Positions 28,064-41,849 of a stretch of DNA of 64,000 nucleotides are shown piece by piece. This stretch comes from Eledone cirrhosa (lineage: Eukaryota), in contig OZ024747.1 of NCBI GenBank assembly GCA_964016885.1, forward strand, positions 36,890,001 to 36,954,000, written 5' to 3'. Within the stretch, counting starts at the first letter, position 1. Each line of letters starts with the position of its first letter. Position numbers and translations under genes: made by a program. Below the pieces are notes generated by a model. The model saw only the letters and a program-made list of their open reading frames with translations, was not told the DNA's origin and ran no database searches.

Positions 28064-29400
28064 CTAGCAGTGGTACCCGGCGTTGCACGGGATAAGATAT
28101 TTTGGAAGGCGGGCCGCCAATAGACCTAATCGTGGAAAAACTGCATGCCTCGACTATATGTAAAGAAAATAAACCGAATACTCTGATGGCTGGATAATCT
28201 TTAAGATTTTCCTCGATGAAGCACGAAAAATGCAGATTTTCACCTAATGCGTATCAAGAAAATGAATTTTTTTAGGGTATCAAGAAAATGAATTTGTTGT
28301 GTGCATAATATGCCTTGAAATTTTGGGAAAATTGGCTAGACGTAACGCCTAAAAAAAAGCCCTAAAAAGCTGAAAAAATGAATTTTTTCACCTAATGCGG
28401 GCCCTAGGCCATAAAAATGTTGGATTTTCTTTGCTTACGGTATGAAGAAGATACTGATAAATACATAGTTACAATTTCAAGGAAATCGGTCTGACGTAAC
28501 GCATCAAAATACCCCTAAAAAGCTGAAAAAACGCAGTTTTTCACCTAGGGGATCAAAATGTTGAATTTGTTATGTGCAAAACACACCCTGAGTAAATTTT
28601 GTTCTCGTAATGGAGCGTAAGTAAGCAACACTGTGAAAACTGAAGCTATTATAGCGATGTTTTTCTTTACCGGATTTAATTTTTAGTGTTGTGTGAAATA
28701 TATAACCTGCAAACCTGATTTTTGAATCGCAGCAGGATCGATTTTATTTCACTCGCTCCACTAAATGTTGTATTTTCTTTGCTCACGGTATGAAGAAGAG
28801 ACTAACTAATACATAGTTACCGGCTATCATTTTTAGTGTTGTGTGAAATATATAACCCCCTTAGCTAAGCTTAGTATTGCCACAACCACGGTTGGCAAAG
28901 AAGTAAGGGTCTGCTGGTACGTAAGTTAGCAACACTGTTGCTTAAAACGTGAGGATGAAGTTGTGTGCACTTACCAACTGTTTGGAGAATGAGTGTGAGA
29001 TTTGCCTTGAGCAAGGGTGGCGGAATAACCGGAGGCAGCAGACAGCTAGACATACATTCAATTATTACAAGGGCGCGTTCGGACGCAGACGGAATTATGG
29101 GAAGTGACGTAATGAAGACAGCCAGACATACAGACAGATATTATAAGGGCGCGACGTTATATGTATGTATCTATCTAAAAAGAGAAAGACTAATAATTAT
29201 AGAGAGACATCGCTAAATCGCCTAATGCGGTCCCTATGGCATTGAAAATTTGAATTTTCTTTTGCTCAGAACACTCCGTGAAGCAGAAGCATTACATGTT
29301 TAAAGTTTGAAAACAGTCGGTTGGGTGCTTCTCGAGTTTTAGGGATTCAAACTCAAACTCACACACACACATACACAGACAGACAACCTCAGTTTTATAT
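28064..29400 (-). mobile_element. Non-autonomous Helitron with internal repeats
   Basis: Reverse complement 3' end CCCGTGCAACGCCGGG-TACCACTG-CTAG; 5' end TATAAAACTGAGGTTGTCTGTCTG; recurrent ttttcacctaatgcg units. Confidence 0.8.
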
Positions 29401-29414
29401 ATATATATATATAA

Positions 29415-29977
29415 TAGAATAATCGAGTATCGGAAAATCAGCTCACGAATTAACGATAAACAATATCCGATATGAGTGGCAGAGGGCTCAATAATTTGGA
29501 TAAATCAGAGCTATAACTATCGTTAAATGACCAACACATAGAGATTATGCCTAAAATCACCCGTACAGCCGAAAAAGAACGACCAAATAAAATATCAATA
29601 AATCAATAATTTAAATGAATGTAAAAAACTTACCCGGACCCGCTAGAAGGGTGTTAAATCTAGCTTCTTGGGTTTCTGCAATTCCTTAATCCGTTCACTA
29701 TCAGCCCACATAAAAATATATAAGACTTCTAGAGAATGAGTGGACCGGAAGAGCTTTATCAACGGGTTCCGTCCGATAATAAAGAAGTGACCTTTAGCCA
29801 GACACGCACATGGTGCCCAGCAAGGGAGATAACCTCTATATTAGCGAAAAAATGTTCGGTAATGTGGAAATCATGTAGGAATACAAAATATCACATATCG
29901 AATCAGAGTGCTCAATAGACATGTTAAAATAAACAGGAGCTATTCATCAGTCAATAGAATCGACAAAAAATGATCAA
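29415..29977 (-). repeat. ~560-bp TA-flanked non-coding repeat, family D (also 55515-56100 and 60900-61260)
   Basis: Shared blocks tcagagcta, cagccgaaa, ggaccc..gaagg, ttgggtttctgc..cct.aatc, ctttatcaac.gg; CTGATGA-ATAG..CTAT relic near 29912-29950. Confidence 0.6.
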
Positions 29978-30054
29978 TATATATATATATATATATACGG
30001 CACAAAATGAAACGAAATTTCATTTCCCACTCTTAGTACGGCTGTTACTTAAAT

Positions 30055-30376
30055 ATAAGTATGTACACGTACATACATATATGTATACAGACGTACAGTA
30101 GTATGTATATATATATATATACATACATGCACACATATATATATGTACGTATGGATTCACCGAACATTTATTATAATGCTCGGTGTGTTTGTCAACAAAC
30201 ATCCCGTATTAAGCCGTTGTGCTGGACACTAAGGCTTAATACGGGATGTTTGTTTACAAACACACCGAGCATTATAATAAATGTTCGGTGAATCCATACG
30301 TACATATATATATATATATATGTGCATGTATGTATATATATATACATATTACTGTACATCTGTATACGTGTACATA

Positions 30377-30380
<4 letters not shown>
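30055..30380. repeat. Fold-back inverted repeat, ~160-bp arms with ~17-bp spacer
   Basis: ggattcaccgaacatt...cccgtattaagcc mirrored by ggcttaatacggg...aatgttcggtgaatcc. Confidence 0.88.
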
Positions 30381-30470
<90 letters not shown>

Positions 30471-30481
30471 TATATATATAT

Positions 30482-30657
30482 AACGAAGGAAGTGTGGTAA
30501 GGAACCAGATGAACCATAACGCACCAGAGTACTCAATATTTGGGGTAGTAGAGTGGGTAATATGAAAATGTTTAACCCCACGGCAGAGCTCAAGCCGTTT
30601 CGACGGCTATTTCTCGAAACGGCTTGGGCTCTGTCGTCGGGGTTAAACATTTTCTTA
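30482..30657 (-). mobile_element. Short fold-back element, family E (also 49900-50101)
   Basis: cggcagagctcaagccgtttcga / tcgaaacggcttgggctctgtcg hairpin plus shared tail ending ttccttcgtta(TA)n. Confidence 0.75.
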
Positions 30658-31066
30658 TATATATGTGTGTGTGTATATATTTGTATATATATATCTATAT
30701 ATATATATGTGTGAGTGTGTGTGAGTGAGTGTGTGTATAGGAGAGTTTAGGAAGAAGGAGGAATATATAGTTGAATAGTAGTAAGAATGTTATAAGCAGT
30801 AAAAGAAAATAAAGACATATAGGAGCAAACGCGAGACTATAATTTTACCCATAGAAACCCGTCTACATATTGCAGACAGTAACTACGTACCCATTCAGGG
30901 TAATTATAGTAACCTTAATTCTAATTGTAACGTTAACTCTATTCTTTATACTAGCTCTAACGCTTACAAACCTCTATAAATTTACGTCTCTCCTCAACTT
31001 TATTCCTTACATATATTTGTAAAACTTTCCAGAACTCCACGCAAGTATGACGACTGCATAACCCAT

Positions 31067-31151
<85 letters not shown>

Positions 31152-31199
31152 CGAGAGATATAGAGAGAAATGTACATATATATACATACATATATATAC

Positions 31200-31257
<58 letters not shown>

Positions 31258-31279
31258 CATAAAGTATGTCCATAGAATC

Positions 31280-31940
31280 ATTTGATAAAAATTTGATAGA
31301 CCAGGCTATAAGATTAAAAGGCTCCTATGAAGAAATATTTGATAAATAAACGACAGCAGCCTCTTCGCTGCCTCTAACTTGACCACTGCCACGTCACGAT
31401 TCTTAGCCATTTTGAATCTGTTTCTGGCGGGGATCGCTTTGGAAAATTACCTGTCCTATGAGTTTGTTTCCTGACGAGTTCGAAACTCGAGATTTTATCC
31501 TTAATAGGATATCTCAAAACGCGAACGAAACCCGAGGGTAGAGACATAATCCCGGTAAGGGTGTACGCATTTTATCTAACTCTAATTTTATACCTAATTG
31601 CGTATGGTTGACGGTATATTTAGTCGATTCCCACGTGCTGTTGAAATGTTGGGTAAATACTCTATTGCGGTCGGCCGCGAAGAGGCTGCTGTCGTTTATT
31701 TATCAAATATTTCTTCATAAGAGCCTTTTAATCTTATAGCCTGGTCTAATTGATTTTTTATGTGGTTAATTATGCTAATTGGGAGAGGAAATAGTGTATA
31801 TATTTTATCAAATGATTCTATGGACATACTTTATGATATATTGCTCTCATTATTTAATTTATTAATTCTTCATTGAGCCACATAGTGAATGGTTGCCAAA
31901 ACATATATATCTGTGACTTTGTTTAGTTTGTGTATATGTA
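31280..31940. repeat. PLE-associated repeat with ~70-bp inverted copy; homologous to 26370-26725
   Basis: 31297-31367 is inverted at 31678-31748; 31590-31935 aligns with 26370-26725. Confidence 0.7.
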
Positions 31941-31996
31941 AATATTTACATATATATATATATATATAAAGATTTACATATATATATATATATATA

Positions 31997-32600
31997 TGGA
32001 GAATAGGATTGGATGTGTAGTTGCTTCCATTTTAAGCTACCTTAAACAGCAACTACACAGCCAATCCTATTCTCCAGACATTTCATCATGTTTCGCTTTG
32101 ACTAGTCTTCTCTCTCCTTCTACCTACCTATTTCGTTACTATCTACTCTTACCCCCTCTTTCTTCCTCTCCCTTTCACCCTCTCACTTTCACTCATCCTC
32201 TCTCTTCCATCCACCTCATTGTTTCCCTCGCTTGACTCTCTAGCACTCCTTTTCTCACTTACACTCGCAGGGGTGAGACGTGTCTTTTCGCTCACCCACA
32301 CGCTATTGAACTTAAGTTCTCTAATCGCTGTCGTCTTGGATTTTCTTACCTTAAGTTGCTCGCACATTGCTCGCTTTGTTGCTATTTTTGCTGTTTTCTC
32401 TTTTCTTCCCTTTTCCCTTCTATTTTCCTTCCCTCCCTCCTCCGTTTTCCCAATAACTTACCCCCTTATTGAACGCTCTGGGCGGTAGATATCTTGTCTT
32501 TAAAGCGTTGAAATATCCGGCACCCCCAGTAGACAACTGATGAGGAAAACTCCCTCCCCCCTCCGTTCTTGCTTTCTTCTTATTCTCATTCCATTTTAAG

Positions 32601-32603
<3 letters not shown>
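31997..32603 (+). mobile_element. Non-coding retrozyme-like unit (~560-bp monomer) with 5' fold-back
   Basis: TTCCATTTTAAGCTA at ~32026 and ~32588; 31998-32025 inverted at 32050-32077; homologous to 3576-4200. Confidence 0.65.
32478..32553 (+). ncRNA. Candidate permuted/pseudoknotted hammerhead ribozyme
   Basis: CTGGG..GATAT-C-TTGTCT-10nt-GAAATATC..CCCAG-T-AGACAA-CTGATGA-GGA AAAC TCC. Confidence 0.55.
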
Positions 32604-32667
<64 letters not shown>

Positions 32668-33384
32668 CATATATATAAGGATACAGATATAGATAGATAC
32701 ATACATCGATTTAAGATAAAACTACATAAAAGAGTGTAACTGTTAAATATATTAAACAATTGATATTGATATATAAATAAACAAATAATGTTCTGCTCAT
32801 TTACAAGATGTTTATTTAATTACAAAACTTTTAAATTAGCCAAATGCAATTATTTACAGTATCACGAAATCCACAATATTGTACAATTCTTGATTTAATA
32901 ACATTTAACTTGTATTATTTTATTCTTTTACTTATTTTAGTCATTAGACTGTAATCATGCTTGAACGCCGTTTTGAAGTGATTTAGGCGACATACGACCT
33001 GGTATTTAGTTTTTAAGTTATTGATCTCTTTTTGTTCATCAGCTAATCGCAGGATATAAAGAAGTAGTAAACGTACACAGATATACGTGCTCACACATAT
33101 AAACAAACACACGCTATGCACACGCCCGTGCACACATATACATATATATTTACGTCGCGCTTCTGCACGGATTTCGTCAATCATATTACACTAACAAAGC
33201 ATTGGTCAACTCGAAGGTTGACTAATGCCTTGTTAGATGTCATTTAGAGAGACTGACACCCAAACTGCGGGATTGCAATATGAACTCCTTAGACACACAC
33301 CCCATGCTTGTGCCTATACGTATATAACAAAATGGAATATTCACTTTATCAATTAATTTTCTCAATGACAAATTCGAGGTAGGT

Positions 33385-33570
33385 GGTGGATTGGCAGTAT
33401 CGGTAGAGGGTCGGACGCCATGATTTCCAGCATAGTTACGTCCCTTTACGATCTGAGTTCAAATCCCGCCGAGGTTGACTTTGCCTTTCATCCTTAAGGG
33501 GTCGATAAAATAAAGTACCAGTAATACACTGGGTAATTGCTGGCCTTGTGCCTAACGTAGAAACAATTAT
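33385..33570 (+). mobile_element. SINE family A
   Basis: A-box-like TGGCAGTATCGG, B box GAGTTCAAATCCC, common tail. Confidence 0.85.
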
Positions 33571-34341
33571 TACTTTTCTTGAACTGAAATTTCATCCCAA
33601 ATCATTATATATTCATTCATACAATTGATCGTTATAATTTTTTAGCTTAAATTAAGATATTCACCTATTTTTACATGATGTCTATTAGATTTGACTCAAG
33701 AGATTATATTGGCAATTGCAGTACACGGATTGCCTCGCTTCTCGGATCTTCCATGATTATTAATTTCAGTAGGTTTCGGGATTTTGTCATGTTGAAATTT
33801 TATAAACGAGCCAAATGAGTCTAAAAATATGGAAGTATACTTTTTGTCTGCAATCTGCAGATAAGCTGTACAGACCATAATGTCAGAACATTTTCCCCAG
33901 ACCTGAGGTTATATAGTACGGCATTGCAAACACTATGATTGATCGGTGTCAGAAGTACATTTCGGCAAAGTAAAATATCAGCTCCGTTTCATCTAATTCG
34001 AATGTTTTGTAGCAGTTTAACGAAGTCCAAATTTCATGCGCTGCAACGAACTGAATGTGTGTGCGTCGATATATCAGAGAAATGAATGTTGTTGTTTTTG
34101 TTTTTTGATGGGGGGGGGGGGGGGTAATGGATTCTGCTGACAACACGTCCCACAAAACAAAGCTGCTTTAGTCATTGTTTTAATGGTTATTAAAAGGACA
34201 CGTATGTGTTTTTATTTTCTTTCGAACAACTTTCAAAATGTAACCTTATTCATTTTCCTTTTATTCCTCGTCAAACGTTGAATAAATCAGTTACTTCCTT
34301 TAGTAGATATATTGATTCTGGCTGCTCTGATTGAGGATTGT

Positions 34342-34543
34342 TACGAAGATTCGCTGAAAAGTCCATAAGCTAACCACGATATTCACATGGAACGACCAAA
34401 TGAAGTTTATTTTTCAACATAGTCCTCAACATGAAACAATGCAGTTATTAATAAGAAGAGTTGAAACTAATGGATGCAAGATTTCACAACCCTAGCATTA
34501 CTCCTTTATAGTCAGCCTATAAATTTATCTGCCCACCCTTGTA
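34342..34543. mobile_element. Old Tc1/mariner-type MITE
   Basis: Diverged TIRs TACGAAGATTCGCTGAAAAGTCCATAAGCTAAC and reverse complement TACAAGGGTGGGCAGATAAATTTATAGGCTGAC; TA ends. Confidence 0.4.
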
Positions 34544-35006
34544 GAAAAGCCATAAGTTTAATTTAAAATATCGAAATGGCGTCGCTTGCGTTACTAAACA
34601 TTCAACTTCGGCAGTTATGATTTGAAAATTCTGTTTCAGGAAAATTCTGTTTCAGGAAATGCAGTTGAACATATTTTATCACATCTAGGATTATAAGTCA
34701 TTGTGTTTTTCCCATGTAAACGTCACAATTGAAATTAGGATTTTATAATTGAATAATTATTGATATGTGTGCTTACCTAGCGTACAATGTCGAATATGGC
34801 TTCAATAATACTGGGACTAATTGCATTATACTAATTAAAATAATCGTAAATAAATCTGTATTATATAAAAGAGTTCATAATTCTCTTTGTATTTAATTTG
34901 AATCGTAAATTATTAAATAAACGGAAATAATTAACATTTAATCAACATTAAACATTTAAACTATGTTGCGCCTTTCTAGTTGTGTCTCTCCTTAGCTATA
35001 TACATG

Positions 35007-35070
<64 letters not shown>

Positions 35071-35339
35071 CTTAGATATGTGTGTGAAATAAGTAGATAA
35101 AAGGATAGGAAAATCCCAAAATAAGACCGTGCATATTTCCTTCTTTAGACCTTTAACCCATGGGAACTTCAACTAGTTTCAGCCCCTGTATTGTATACTG
35201 GTTGCATTTCCTCATCACTGACTTCATCTAATTCAACGAAAATCCCTCGCGATTTCACTAAGAGAGCTGCAAACTAGTTTAATAGGAAAGTTTATGTTTG
35301 TTTAAATGCTAATGGCACGTGCTCTGAATTTCAATATCA

Positions 35340-35800
35340 AACTAATAACTACCATTACCACCAATACTACCATCAGCAATACCAGTGATACCACCAATAC
35401 CACAATCATCATTACAACCAATACCACCATCACGACTACCACTACGAACATCACCACTACGAATACCATCATCACCACGAATGCCACTATCCTTACCACC
35501 ATCAACACCACTAGCACCAATACCACCATCATCACTAATACTAACACCATCTTCACTACCGTCAATACCATCCTCATTACCACCAATACCACCATCATCA
35601 TCACTAGTACCAATATCATCATTATCACCAACACAAAAGCACCATCATTACCACTAATACCACCACCATTACTACCAGAAATATCACTCCCATCACTAAC
35701 ACCATCGCCACCATCATCATTCCCACCAATACCATGATCATTACCACGAATAACACACTTCCATCAGTACCACCTTCGTTACTACCCTCAATACCACCAT
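35340..35800. repeat. Degenerate (ACC/ATC/ACT)n low-complexity tract
   Basis: Trinucleotide periodicity that explains the T/I/N- and P/S-rich pseudo-ORFs. Confidence 0.85.
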
Positions 35801-35969
35801 TATATTTGAAATGGTTTCAGGGTGCAATCAACATGAGGGGATTCCAACAAAAAAATGTTTGCCTATAAATATGAAACACTTTAATATATATGTATATATA
35901 TATATATACAAATATATATATATATATATGTGTGTATTTATATATATATATATATCTAAAAAAAAAGTA

Positions 35970-36376
<407 letters not shown>

Positions 36377-37049
36377 TGTATGTATGTATGTATATGAGGG
36401 AGCTTATAGATAGGACAACACACGCTGTCTTTTCGTGGGGTAAGTTTTTAATTAATTTTTGTATTCTGAAACATCAAAATACAACAACTTTTTGGTCACT
36501 GGACTCGGGAATGTCACGACAGAAGTTTGTGGAAGTTACACAAATATTTTAGTATATTTTAGCAGAGCAATCCTTATTTATATCTTACATTTTACATTTA
36601 CTTACATCTCAATATAACATGGCTAAAATTCAAATTTTGCAAAGAGAAGAAAACGGTCAAATGAACTAGATACATCTCACTGTCCCACCACCACATTAAC
36701 GTCTACACTCTCTCCCCACCATCACATGTCATTACCATACCATACCCCATCTAGACTAAAGTCATCGACTTGTTGTCAAACTCTCTACTCTCTGTTGAAT
36801 GTGTATATATATATATATGTGTGTGTATATATATGTGTGTATATACATCACTCAGTCAAACGACCAGATTTCAACCCCAACATCTACAACAACAACAACA
36901 CCGGCACTAATGTTTACAGCAACAACAGCTTCAGAATGAACTGAAATGAACATTTACAGCAACAACAACAGCGGCATCAAAACATAAAAAAAGGAAGGGA
37001 AAAGAAAAGAAAAGGGAAAAAAAACCCAAAAAAACTCAAAATAACAAAG

Positions 37050-37083
<34 letters not shown>

Positions 37084-37184
37084 ACACAACAACAACATCA
37101 ACTGTCACCACCACCACCACCACCGCCACCGCCGCCGCCATCACCATCACCAGCGACCGGGCCTTAAGAAAACAACTTTAATTA

Positions 37185-37335
37185 TAATTTTTCTGCTTTT
37201 GGCACGGATCCAGCGACTGGCCCAGCGCATCACTGGTACTCTCTTTTGTTGACTCCGTGGGGATGAAGGGCAAGGTTGATCTCGGCGGGATTTGAGCTCA
37301 GAGCGTGGGGAGCCATAACTCTATGCTGTAAAGCA
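37185..37335 (-). mobile_element. Diverged SINE family A
   Basis: ctggtact..ggatgaagggcaaggttgatctcggcgggatttgagctcaga. Confidence 0.7.
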
Positions 37336-37596
37336 ATTATAATAATACTGGACTGTAATACGATCGGCTTCAACTATACAAACTCTTGAAAGTCAACAGT
37401 TGACATAATCTTGTAATCTTGTATCAGTAATGACGGTAATATATATATATGTGTGTGTGTGTGTGTAAGTGAGTAGAGTATAGCGTGTGTGTGTGTTTGT
37501 TTGTATGTATGTGTTGCTGTGTGCGCGCATTTGTATGCGTGTGTGTGTATGTCGTACGTATAAGTGTCAATAAGTGAGTTTTTTTTGTTTTTTTTG

Positions 37597-40500
37597 CGCG
37601 GGGACATAGAAATAATCGGGCTGGATGCCCGATCGCGCAGTTAAACCACTGGGAGTGAAGAACCCCTAGCCCTTGTCAGGACATTCTTCTAAGAGAAGGC
37701 ATCTCAGGAAACTGGGTTAACTCCGATATAAAGCCTGCGGCTCAGTAGTTACTGATGATGTTGATCTTTTCTTCTCTTCGGTTTATAGCTACTGTCGCTC
37801 AGAGAGTGGGATTGGCTCAGTGCGCAGTCTTTCCTCACTTTAAAAATATTCGTCACGCACAGGCATTGCACGAGTGCATTAATAATTATTAATAGTGTAC
37901 TACTATTATTATTATTATTATTACTATTATTATTACTTCTTTTTTTTTTTTTTTTCCAATTCAATGATGTTCCAGAACAATGTAAAAGAGATAATTGGCA
38001 ATTTAGGTTCTGGAACAAAAAAGATCATTGGCAATAAGGGCAGGGGCCCCAAGTTATCACAGCCTGGGCTCGCTCGTCATCGTGCCATTGTAATAGAGCC
38101 AAACAAGGCATTTAGTCTTGGCTGCTGGAACGTACGGACGCTGCTTGACAGGGATTCCTTGGAGCGTCCTGAACGAAGGACCGCTCTTGTTGCAAAGGAG
38201 CTTCGACGTTACGATCTTGACATCGTGGCTTTATCTGAGACGAGGTTAGCTGGAGATGGTCATCTTACGAAATTTTGTGGAGAATATACATTCTTCTGGA
38301 AAGGAAGAGATGAAGGAACAAGAAGAGAGGCTGAGGTAGGATTTGCTGTTAAGACTGTACTTGTGAATAAATTAGAAGAATTCCCAGTATGGATTAGTGA
38401 ACGTCTTATGTCCATGAGAGTTCCGCTGGACAAAGGAAGATATGCTACCCTGGTGAGTGTGTATGCTCCAACTATGAATTCTGTCGATGAAGAAAAACTG
38501 TCCTTTTACCATGCCTTGAAAGGTGTTCTAAGAAATATCCCTCAGGCAGACAAAGTCATCGTGCTTGGTGACTTTAATGCTAGAGTGGGTAGAGATTTTA
38601 ACACGTGGAAAGTAATCGGAAGGCATGGGGTGGGAAAGAGTAACAGAAATGGTATGCTCCTGCTGCAGATGTGTGAGGAGCTGGATCTGTGTGTTAGCAA
38701 CACCATGTTCCAACAAAAGAACAAATTCAAGACCACATGGATGCATCCTGCATCTAAGGAATGGCATCTTTTGGACTACGTCCTAGTCAGGATGCGTGAC
38801 AGACAGGATGTGCAGTGTGTTCGTGTTCTTCGTGGAGCTGAGTGCTGGACGGACCACCGCCTGGTACGCGCAAAAGTGAAACTAATCACCAAACGTAAAA
38901 TCCGGGCTCCTGGTGTTACCCTGCCCAAAAGATTGAATGCTGCTCGTCTTAAGGATAAAAATGTGAAGAGGACATTGGAAGAAGAGATGCAGGCTGCAGA
39001 TCTTGGTGAGGATTGGCCGACCCTTAAAAAGTTGGTTTATGATGTAGGCAGGCGTGTTCTGGGATTGGTGCAGAGAAAACATCAGGACTGGTTTAATGCG
39101 AATGATGTACATATAGAAGACTTGTTGGCTGGTAAGAGGCGTGCTCTGTCACGCTACTTGACGGCAAAACCACAGGAGAGGAATACGTTGCATGAGGAGC
39201 TCAGGGATGTAAAATCACGTGTTAGGCGGAGTCTTTCTCAGATGAAGGATCAGTGGTGGAGTGAGAAGGCTGGTGAGATACAAACTGCGTCTGATTCCAA
39301 TAACACAAAGCTGTTGTACAGTCTCTTGCCTGAGGTTTATGGACCGTCTTTTTCTCTGGTGACACCGCTTCGCAGCAAGGATGGCAAAGAACTTCTTCGT
39401 GACTCACAGGGAATTCTACGAAGGTGGCGAGAGCACTTTGATGATCTTTTGAATCAGCCGTCAGTCGTCAGTGAAGATTTCCTCAATCTCATTCCAGAAA
39501 GTCCTGTGAAACTAGCTCTCGCAGAACCTCCGACGCTTGTGGAGGTTGCAGTGGCTATTTCGAAGCTGAACAGTGGAAGATCTCCAGGTATGGATGGCAT
39601 TCATGCTGAGCTCCTACAATATGGTGGTGAGAAACTCCTGCAACATCTGCACTCTTTGTTTGGAAGGATATGGGCTAATGAATCCGTACCTGAGGACTGG
39701 AGAGATGCAGTAATGGTGGTCTTGTACAAGGGAAAGGGTAACAGGAATGATTGTGGGAACTACTGAGGTATAGCATTGCTTTCTGTCGTAGGGAAAGTTT
39801 TATGTAGGGTGCTTCTGGACCGTCTGCTGACATACATTGCAGATTGTGTTCTTCCTGAAAGTCAATCTGGTTTTCGTGCTTGACGCGACACTACTGATAT
39901 GATCTTCTCAGCTAGACAGCTCCAGGAGAAGTGCATTGAACAAGGCTTGGATCTGTATCAGGTTTTTGTCGATCTGACAAAGGCTTTCGATACTGTCAAC
40001 AGAGATGCATTGTGGAAGGTTCTCCAGAAACTTTGTTGCCCTGATAAGTTCCTTGCTTTAGTTAGGTCTTTCCATGACGACATGAAGGCTTGGGTTAATG
40101 TCGGAGGTAACATGTCGGAGCCTATCTCAGTAAAAATTGGAGTGAAACAGGGGGATATTCCAGCACCGACCCTGTTTGCCATATACTTTGCAATGGTTTT
40201 CTGTATTGCATTCAGGAATTGCGAGCATGGTGTTTACATCCGATATCGAACCTCAGGCAGCATATTTAACATCAGGCACCTTGCTGCGAAGACAAAGGTG
40301 TTTACATCAATCATAAGAGACCTCTTGTATGCAGATGATTGCGATCTTGTAGCGCACACAGAGAGTGATATGCAGCACATTTTGAATGCATTTTCTGACG
40401 CTTACACTGCCCTGGGATTGACTGTCAGTCTCAAGAAAACCGTCGTCATGTACCAACCTGCCCCTAGTAAGCAGTACACTGAACCAAACATCTATGTGTA

Positions 40501-41820
40501 TGGCAAACGACTTGGAGTGGTTCATCAGTTTGTCTACCTGGGAAGCACTGTCAATCGATACGGCAACCTTGACAGTGAAATCTCACTTAGGATTAGGAAA
40601 GCAAGTGATGCTTTCGGAAAGCTAGAAAGGCGACTCTGGGATCTGCGAGACATATGCAGGAGGACAAAGGTAAAGGTGTACAGGGCATGTGTACTCTCTT
40701 GTCTTCTTTATGCCTGCGAGACCTGGGTCACATAACGACACCACCTTAAGCAATTGGAACGTTTCCATCAGATGTGTCTCAGACGGATCCATGGCGTTCA
40801 CTGGAGGGACCACATCAGTGATGTTGAGATTTTGGAAAGCTCTATGTGTGACAGTATAGAATCTCTTGTGCTTAAGCAACGACTCCGTTGGAGTGGTCAC
40901 CTTGCCAGGATGAAGGATTCTAGAATACCAAAACAACTCTTCTATGGAGAGTTGGTTAAAGGAAAACGACCGCCACATAAACCAAAAAAGAGGTATAAGG
41001 ATTCCTTGAAAGCCTCTCTGAAAGACGCTAACATCTTTGCTGATACATGGGAAAATATTGCTGCTGATCGTAATAAATGGAGAAAGACTGTATATGAGGG
41101 AAAAGTTGCCTTTGAGGCATCTCGAATCGTACACGAGTAAGAAAAGCGGGATGTGAGGAAGGGCATTGCTGTTGCACTTCCAGACGGCGAGGGTCCTCCT
41201 ATGGTGTTGACATGCAGCGTCTGTGCGAGACTCTGCCTAAGCAAAGCTGGACTCGAAAGTCATCTTCACAGTCATAAAGTAAGACCAGTGGTTGACCACC
41301 AGGCTGCTGTTGGAGATGCTACTCATCATGCTTGCCAAACATGTGGTAGAGAATGTAAATCAGCAGGAGGGCTCAAGCGACATGCAAGAGTACACGAACT
41401 CCAACCACAGCCGACTATTCCCAGTAAATGTTTTGGTTGCCGACTCTGTGCAAGACATTGTAGATCATTGGCTGGGCTAAAAAGCCACATTCGATCGCAG
41501 CACTGTTAGTTGTTATCGTGTGTGTGTGTGTGTGTAGATATGCTTATGTGCGTGCGTGTGTGTGTATATATATATGAATATGTACATTATTATTGTTGTT
41601 GTCGTTATTATTATTATTGCTATTATTATTATTATTATTATTATTGTTATTAATGCATGTGTGTGTGTGTATATGTGTGTGTGTATGTGTATGTATGTGT
41701 GTATGTATGTATGTATGTATATATATATATATATATTTCTTTTTTTTTTATTTATTATTATTATTTTTTTTTTTTCTTCTCGTGCAATGGCCATACTCGA
41801 TAACGAGGGGGCAGCCATCA
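37597..41820 (+). mobile_element. Near-full-length RTE-clade LINE
   Basis: 5' leader, single APE-RT-zinc-finger reading frame, 3' terminus TGGCCATACTCGATAACGAGGGGGCAGCCATCA followed by (TGTA)n. Confidence 0.9.
37964..41509 (+). pseudogene. RTE ORF: APE endonuclease, RT and 3 C2H2 fingers; in-frame stops, no frameshift
   Basis: WNVRTL, ALSETR, LGDFNARVG, TDHRLV; [22 protein letters not shown]; three CxxC..GL..H fingers; the four ORFs share one frame; stops near 39764, 39881, 40733, 41138. Confidence 0.95.
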
Positions 41821-41849
41821 TGTATGTATGTATGTATGTATGTATGTAC

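Noticed and set aside
31470-31495. CTGACGA-GTTC-GAAACTCGAG minimal hammerhead
   Set aside because: No properly placed NUH site or stem I
33190-33237. 20-bp-stem hairpin resembling a pre-miRNA or terminator
   Set aside because: Single occurrence with no supporting context
35302-35737. Thr/Ile/Asn- or Pro/Ser-rich mucin-like ORFs
   Set aside because: Open in several frames on both strands because of trinucleotide low complexity
39764-39883. In-frame TGA codons in the RTE ORF as selenocysteine or readthrough
   Set aside because: They fall at positions normally Arg/Gly, and TAA stops also occur; simple decay explains them
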